A stretch of 64,000 nt of DNA from an uncultured Alphaproteobacteria bacterium. GTDB taxonomy: Bacteria; Pseudomonadota; Alphaproteobacteria; UBA6615. This document shows positions 60,183-64,000 of this stretch, piece after piece. Positions within the stretch are counted from its first letter, which is position 1. Each line of letters begins with the position of its first letter. The notes under the pieces were generated by a model. The model worked only from the letters and a program-made list of their open reading frames with translations, was not told where the DNA came from and did not search any database. The stretch lies in contig CALSML010000001.1 of assembly GCA_943787445.1 (NCBI GenBank), positions 57,408-121,407 on the forward strand, written 5' to 3'. The translations under genes were made by a program, and so were the position numbers.

Positions 60183-61354
60183 TATGGCTTGCCCGCGGTT
60201 TCCGGTATCATGACGTGCTGATAGAGGTCGTCATAAGCTCGGGCACAGATATCCAGTCCATAGGTGTTTTCGATTTCAACGCGTGCGGCTGTGCCCATGG
60301 CATCGCGCCGGGCGGGGTCCTGGGCCAGTTCGAGAATGGACTGCGCCAGTGCATCCGGGTTGTGGGCAGGGACCAGCAGTCCGGTGACCCCGTGGTCGAT
60401 AATCTCTCCGGTCCCGCCAACCTTCGTGGCGATGGTCGGGACGCCGGCCGACATGGCTTCGATCACCGCATTGGGCAAACCTTCTTCGTGAGAACAGAGA
60501 AGCGAAACATCCGCCATGCTCAAAAGAGCCGGGATATCCGAGCGTGAGCCGAGGAAGCGGATATGCGGGGCAAGTCCCGCCTCTGCGCTTTGCGCCTGAA
60601 GGGCACCTCCGATGCCGTCATCCCGGCCGACACACAAGAGCTGCCAATTGTCGGGCAGGGCGTCGCGGATGCTGGCAAGTGCTGTGATCAGATCGGCATG
60701 TCCTTTGTAGGGAATTAGATTGGCGACAATCATCAACACCAGCGAATCCGGCGGGATTGTCAGGGATTGCCGCAGCCTGGCACCGCGGGCGGCATCGGGA
60801 CGAATCGCGTTGGTGTCGACCCCGTTGAGAATCACCCGGGTGCGATGTTCGGGGATGCCTTCTTCGAGGAGTTCGCCGCGAATGGCCTCGCTGTTGGCGG
60901 TCACCACAGCCATGTGTTTGTGCAGCCAGCGTTCGACCCGGGCAAGAAAGGGATAGCGGTCCTGATAATGGGCGAGACTGCGCCGGCTCATGATCATGCG
61001 GGACTGTCCGGCCAGCACCGCGCACAGGCCGCCGATGAGATAGGCCTCGGGCAGGATAAAATGGGCCATGGCGGGGCGTTTGCGCAGGAACCAGAACCAC
61101 AGCCACGGCACGGTGATCAGCGCACGCAGCAAACGAATGAGTGGCCCGCTGCGGGTGATGCGGCTGGCCAGTGGTGGCGACCAGACCCGGAACCCGGCGG
61201 TTTCGAGGTCTTCGGCCAGAGGACCCGGGCGGGAGAGCGTGACGAGATCAATCTGCCACCTATCCCGATCCAGCCGTGGCACGATCTGCGCGATCTGACG
61301 TTCGGCGCCGCCCACCTGCAGTGAGCCGATCACGATGACAATGCGATGGGTCAT
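60182..61354 (-). CDS. GT4 glycosyltransferase
   Basis: GGAERQ, NGVD, KGH and [11 protein letters not shown] motifs. Confidence 0.93.
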   Translation of the reverse strand: MTHRIVIVIGSLQVGGAERQIAQIVPRLDRDRWQIDLVTLSRPGPLAEDLETAGFRVWSPPLASRITRSGPLIRLLRALITVPWLWFWFLRKRPAMAHFILPEAYLIGGLCAVLAGQSRMIMSRRSLAHYQDRYPFLARVERWLHKHMAVVTANSEAIRGELLEEGIPEHRTRVILNGVDTNAIRPDAARGARLRQSLTIPPDSLVLMIVANLIPYKGHADLITALASIRDALPDNWQLLCVGRDDGIGGALQAQSAEAGLAPHIRFLGSRSDIPALLSMADVSLLCSHEEGLPNAVIEAMSAGVPTIATKVGGTGEIIDHGVTGLLVPAHNPDALAQSILELAQDPARRDAMGTAARVEIENTYGLDICARAYDDLYQHVMIPETAGKP

Positions 61355-61359
61355 GTTGT

Positions 61360-61848
61360 CTATTGGTCCGATTGGTCGAAATCGATGACCTTTTCCATCA
61401 GCTCGCGCGCCGCACCCTCGCCCCCCTTGCGGGTCAGGACGTGGTCCACACGCGCCAGAACATCGGGATGCGCATCGGCGACGGCAACGGGATAGCCGAC
61501 AAGGTTCAGGGCCGGCAGATCATTGAGGTCATTGCCGATAAACATGAGCCGTTCGGATATATAGCCGTGGGCCTCACACAATTCGCGAATGGCGACCGCC
61601 TTGTCGGAAACGCTGTCGATGACCGGGACCTGCAGCTTGGCACCACGGGCGCGCACCACCGGGTTAGTTTCGGTCGAGACGATGTAGACCGGAAACCCGA
61701 CTGCGCGGAAATGATCGAAGGCCAGTCCGTCGGCGCGATTGCACACGACAGCTTCGGTTCCGTCGCTGAACATCAGAACGCGATTGTCGGTCAGGACGCC
61801 GTCGAAATCGAATATCAGAGCGTCGAGGTCGTTCGATTTTACCTTCAT
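61360..61848 (-). CDS. KdsC/YrbI-type HAD phosphatase (KDO8P or nonulosonate-9-phosphate phosphatase-like)
   Basis: DFDGVLTD, ADG, IGNDLND and GGEGAARE motifs. Confidence 0.9.
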   Translation of the reverse strand: MKVKSNDLDALIFDFDGVLTDNRVLMFSDGTEAVVCNRADGLAFDHFRAVGFPVYIVSTETNPVVRARGAKLQVPVIDSVSDKAVAIRELCEAHGYISERLMFIGNDLNDLPALNLVGYPVAVADAHPDVLARVDHVLTRKGGEGAARELMEKVIDFDQSDQ

Positions 61849-61866
61849 GGATCTGGTCGCCTTCCG

Positions 61867-63084
61867 TCAGCGGGTCTTGGCCATCGTGTCACGATAGACT
61901 TCTACATACTGGTCCACGATGTGGTCCCACGAAAAGGCTGTCGCCCGTTCGCGCGACCGGTCCACAGATCCGCGTCTGTGATCGGCAGCATGCATCATGT
62001 GTTGCATGGCTTTGGCCAGCGCGGCGGTATTGCCCACCGGCACCATGTCACCCCATTGCCCGCTCTCGATGATGTCGCGGCAGCCGGGCCCGTCGGTGGT
62101 GATGATCGGCAGGCCAGCGGCCATGGCTTCGACCAGTGCGATGCCGAAGGTCTCGATATGGGACGGAAAGACAAATGCATCGGCGGCCCGATAAAGCGAA
62201 ACCAGATCGTCGCCGGGCAGCTTCAGCCCCTCTACCAGGGAGGTTTGCCCCAGGGGTCCGAGCAGATGCAGGTGTTCGGAGATGCCGAGGTGCGCGGCTT
62301 CCGTTACCAGCTCGTCCGTGGCTGCGCCCGCGATCGCGACGGCGAAACCGGTTTCGCTTCGATCCGCCAGATCGCGGATCGCCTGCAACAGGTCCCGATA
62401 GCCCTTCTTGGGGTGATTTCGCCCCACGGCGAGATACAGAAAGGCGTCTTCGGGAATGCCGTGCTGTTTTCGAATTGCTGCCCGGTCCACCTGCATTGCG
62501 AAGCGGTCGAGATCGACCCCGTTGGGAATGCGGCGAATGCGTTCCGGCGCCACGCCGAGTTTGGCGTACTCCCTGGCAACCGATTCCGTGATTGCGACCA
62601 GGATATCGGCCCGGGGGAGCCATTCGCGCACCAGCTTGTCGATCCGCGGATCGAGGCGCATGCCATAACCGATTTCGGGAGCCATCTGGATGTCATCGCC
62701 CGCACAACGCACCAGATGTGGCCGTTTTGCGTGGGCGTGGCGGACCAGCCCCACACCTGTGGGGAACCCGACCGTGCCGTGCCAGGCATCGATCCCGTGA
62801 TGCCGGTCGAACCATGCGAGCCAGCCAGAGACAAATCGCGTGCCCAGATCCGGCCAGTGATGGATCAGCGTCATCATCTTGGGCGGAAAGGATGCAAGTT
62901 TGTAGGGTAGCTCCCCGCGCTGGTCGCGCAGGGCATGAACGTTGCGCGCCGGCGCCAGAATGATCGGATTGTGCCCGCGCGCGGTCAGCCGGGTCGCAAT
63001 GTTGTGGAGCCCGATCTCGACCCCGCCCAGCGCGGGCAGGAAGGTCGATGTCGGCATACCGATGGTCAGTGGCGCGTCGGTCAT
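61867..63084 (-). CDS. GT4 glycosyltransferase
   Basis: GGVE, PNGVD, KKG and ETFGIALVEAMAAG motifs. Confidence 0.92.
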   Translation of the reverse strand: MTDAPLTIGMPTSTFLPALGGVEIGLHNIATRLTARGHNPIILAPARNVHALRDQRGELPYKLASFPPKMMTLIHHWPDLGTRFVSGWLAWFDRHHGIDAWHGTVGFPTGVGLVRHAHAKRPHLVRCAGDDIQMAPEIGYGMRLDPRIDKLVREWLPRADILVAITESVAREYAKLGVAPERIRRIPNGVDLDRFAMQVDRAAIRKQHGIPEDAFLYLAVGRNHPKKGYRDLLQAIRDLADRSETGFAVAIAGAATDELVTEAAHLGISEHLHLLGPLGQTSLVEGLKLPGDDLVSLYRAADAFVFPSHIETFGIALVEAMAAGLPIITTDGPGCRDIIESGQWGDMVPVGNTAALAKAMQHMMHAADHRRGSVDRSRERATAFSWDHIVDQYVEVYRDTMAKTR

Positions 63085-64000
63085 GCTGCGGTTTCTCTGG
63101 GGAGGGCTTCATCGACGATGGCGCGCAGATGGCGCACAAATCCGTCGGCAGCGTCCGGCCCTGAAAGTGCTTCGCGGTAAACTTTCTGCGCGCGCTGCGC
63201 GATCCCGACCAGTTCGTCGGCGCGGTCCGGGACTTCGTCGATGCGATCGAGGAAATCACTCAGGTCCCATTTGTGGGTCACGATGGTGTCGTTGGTGCGG
63301 AACAGGTGGGGCCAGGTCTCCAGATGGGACATGTCGGGCTTGAGCAGGGCTGCCCCGCACAGGATGGCTTCGAAGTCCTTCAGGGTGATTTCACCAAACC
63401 CGAAGGGCGAGACCACAAGGTGCGCGTTGCGCATTTCATTCATAAAGGCCCGGCGGCCCAGTTTGTCGGTTGCCATCCGGCCCGTCAGAAGTTCGGCGAT
63501 GCGACGGCGCTGATGAGCCACTGTGTCCCGCGCATAGCCGGTTCCCATACGGCAGGTGAAATCGATGTTGCGATGTTTCTCCGGGGGTGTGAACACACGC
63601 GGAAAGCGCAGCAGTGGATTGAACGGAAGCCGTGCACGCAAGGCCATCCGGGTGGGGCCGTGCAGTGAATAATCCGCAAGGCCGGAATTCCAGGACACCC
63701 GCAATTTGTCGAGCAGGGATGCATCTTCGACAATGCGCGCCTCGGCTGGATCGTCGTCCCGGACGTTTTCGCTGCGGTTGTAGAAGTCGGCCCAGATCCG
63801 GTTGCCGTAATGGGCGCGGGTGTATTCCGTACGGTCCGCCAGCAGCTGGGATTTGCAGTATAGCTGCACCAGCGGCAGGACCTGCGCTTGCAGCCAGCCG
63901 GTGCTGTCGGATATGTCGAACCAGACCAGGGGTGCCTGTTCGGCCAGAGCCGCGAGATCGGCGAGAACTCTTTCGTCTCCTTCGGCCACCCATCGGGGGC
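63081..64000 (-). CDS. Putative GT-B glycosyltransferase; 5' end lies outside the window
   Basis: VVSPFGFGEITLKDFEAILCGAALLKP motif; ATGA overlap with the next GT gene. Confidence 0.7.
   Translation of the reverse strand, partial: PRWVAEGDERVLADLAALAEQAPLVWFDISDSTGWLQAQVLPLVQLYCKSQLLADRTEYTRAHYGNRIWADFYNRSENVRDDDPAEARIVEDASLLDKLRVSWNSGLADYSLHGPTRMALRARLPFNPLLRFPRVFTPPEKHRNIDFTCRMGTGYARDTVAHQRRRIAELLTGRMATDKLGRRAFMNEMRNAHLVVSPFGFGEITLKDFEAILCGAALLKPDMSHLETWPHLFRTNDTIVTHKWDLSDFLDRIDEVPDRADELVGIAQRAQKVYREALSGPDAADGFVRHLRAIVDEALPRETAA

Noticed and set aside
1..64000. Long antisense or alternative-frame ORFs (e.g. 169-1959, 7458-8648, 16986-18212, 39403-40707, 61363-62910)
   Set aside because: They shadow well-supported genes, carry no motifs and are expected in high-GC DNA.
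1..64000. CRISPR array, rRNA, IS transposase or riboswitch
   Set aside because: No regularly spaced repeats, rRNA sequence, transposase motif or riboswitch consensus was found by eye. Intergenic gaps are short, and a covariance-model search would be needed to exclude small RNAs.

Overview
This is a 64 kb GC-rich chromosomal segment. Gene content and protein style suggest an alphaproteobacterium, plausibly Rhodospirillales-like (inference, not proven). 1-14 kb: housekeeping, membrane and redox genes. 14-25 kb: a co-directional minus-strand catabolic run (TauD-family dioxygenase, frameshifted enolase-superfamily enzyme, AhpD/CMD protein, aldehyde dehydrogenase, a three-subunit cobalt nitrile hydratase/thiocyanate hydrolase-like enzyme, a deleted metY remnant, an oversized amidase and an NtaA/DszA-type monooxygenase) that meets its flavin reductase convergently. 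26.6-31.3 kb: tRNA-Thr(CGT) and an AT-rich decayed island (frameshifted tyrosine integrase, 27-bp tRNA repeat, SNase-Excalibur nuclease, GYD protein, PAS pseudogene). 31-47 kb: aromatic/heterocycle-type catabolic genes, including a low-GC tctCBA transporter, an orphan molybdoenzyme large subunit, an LVIVD beta-propeller and a leaderless SBP-fold protein. 47-51.5 kb: transporters and purH. 51.6-64 kb: a surface-polysaccharide cluster with deletion scars. The best candidate for an undescribed system is the scnBAC-ordered split-beta Co-hydratase, whose pocket residues mix NHase and SCNase features and which lies upstream of an atypical amidase. About ten disrupted genes point to ongoing genome erosion. 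All calls come from motif recognition by eye; no searches were run.
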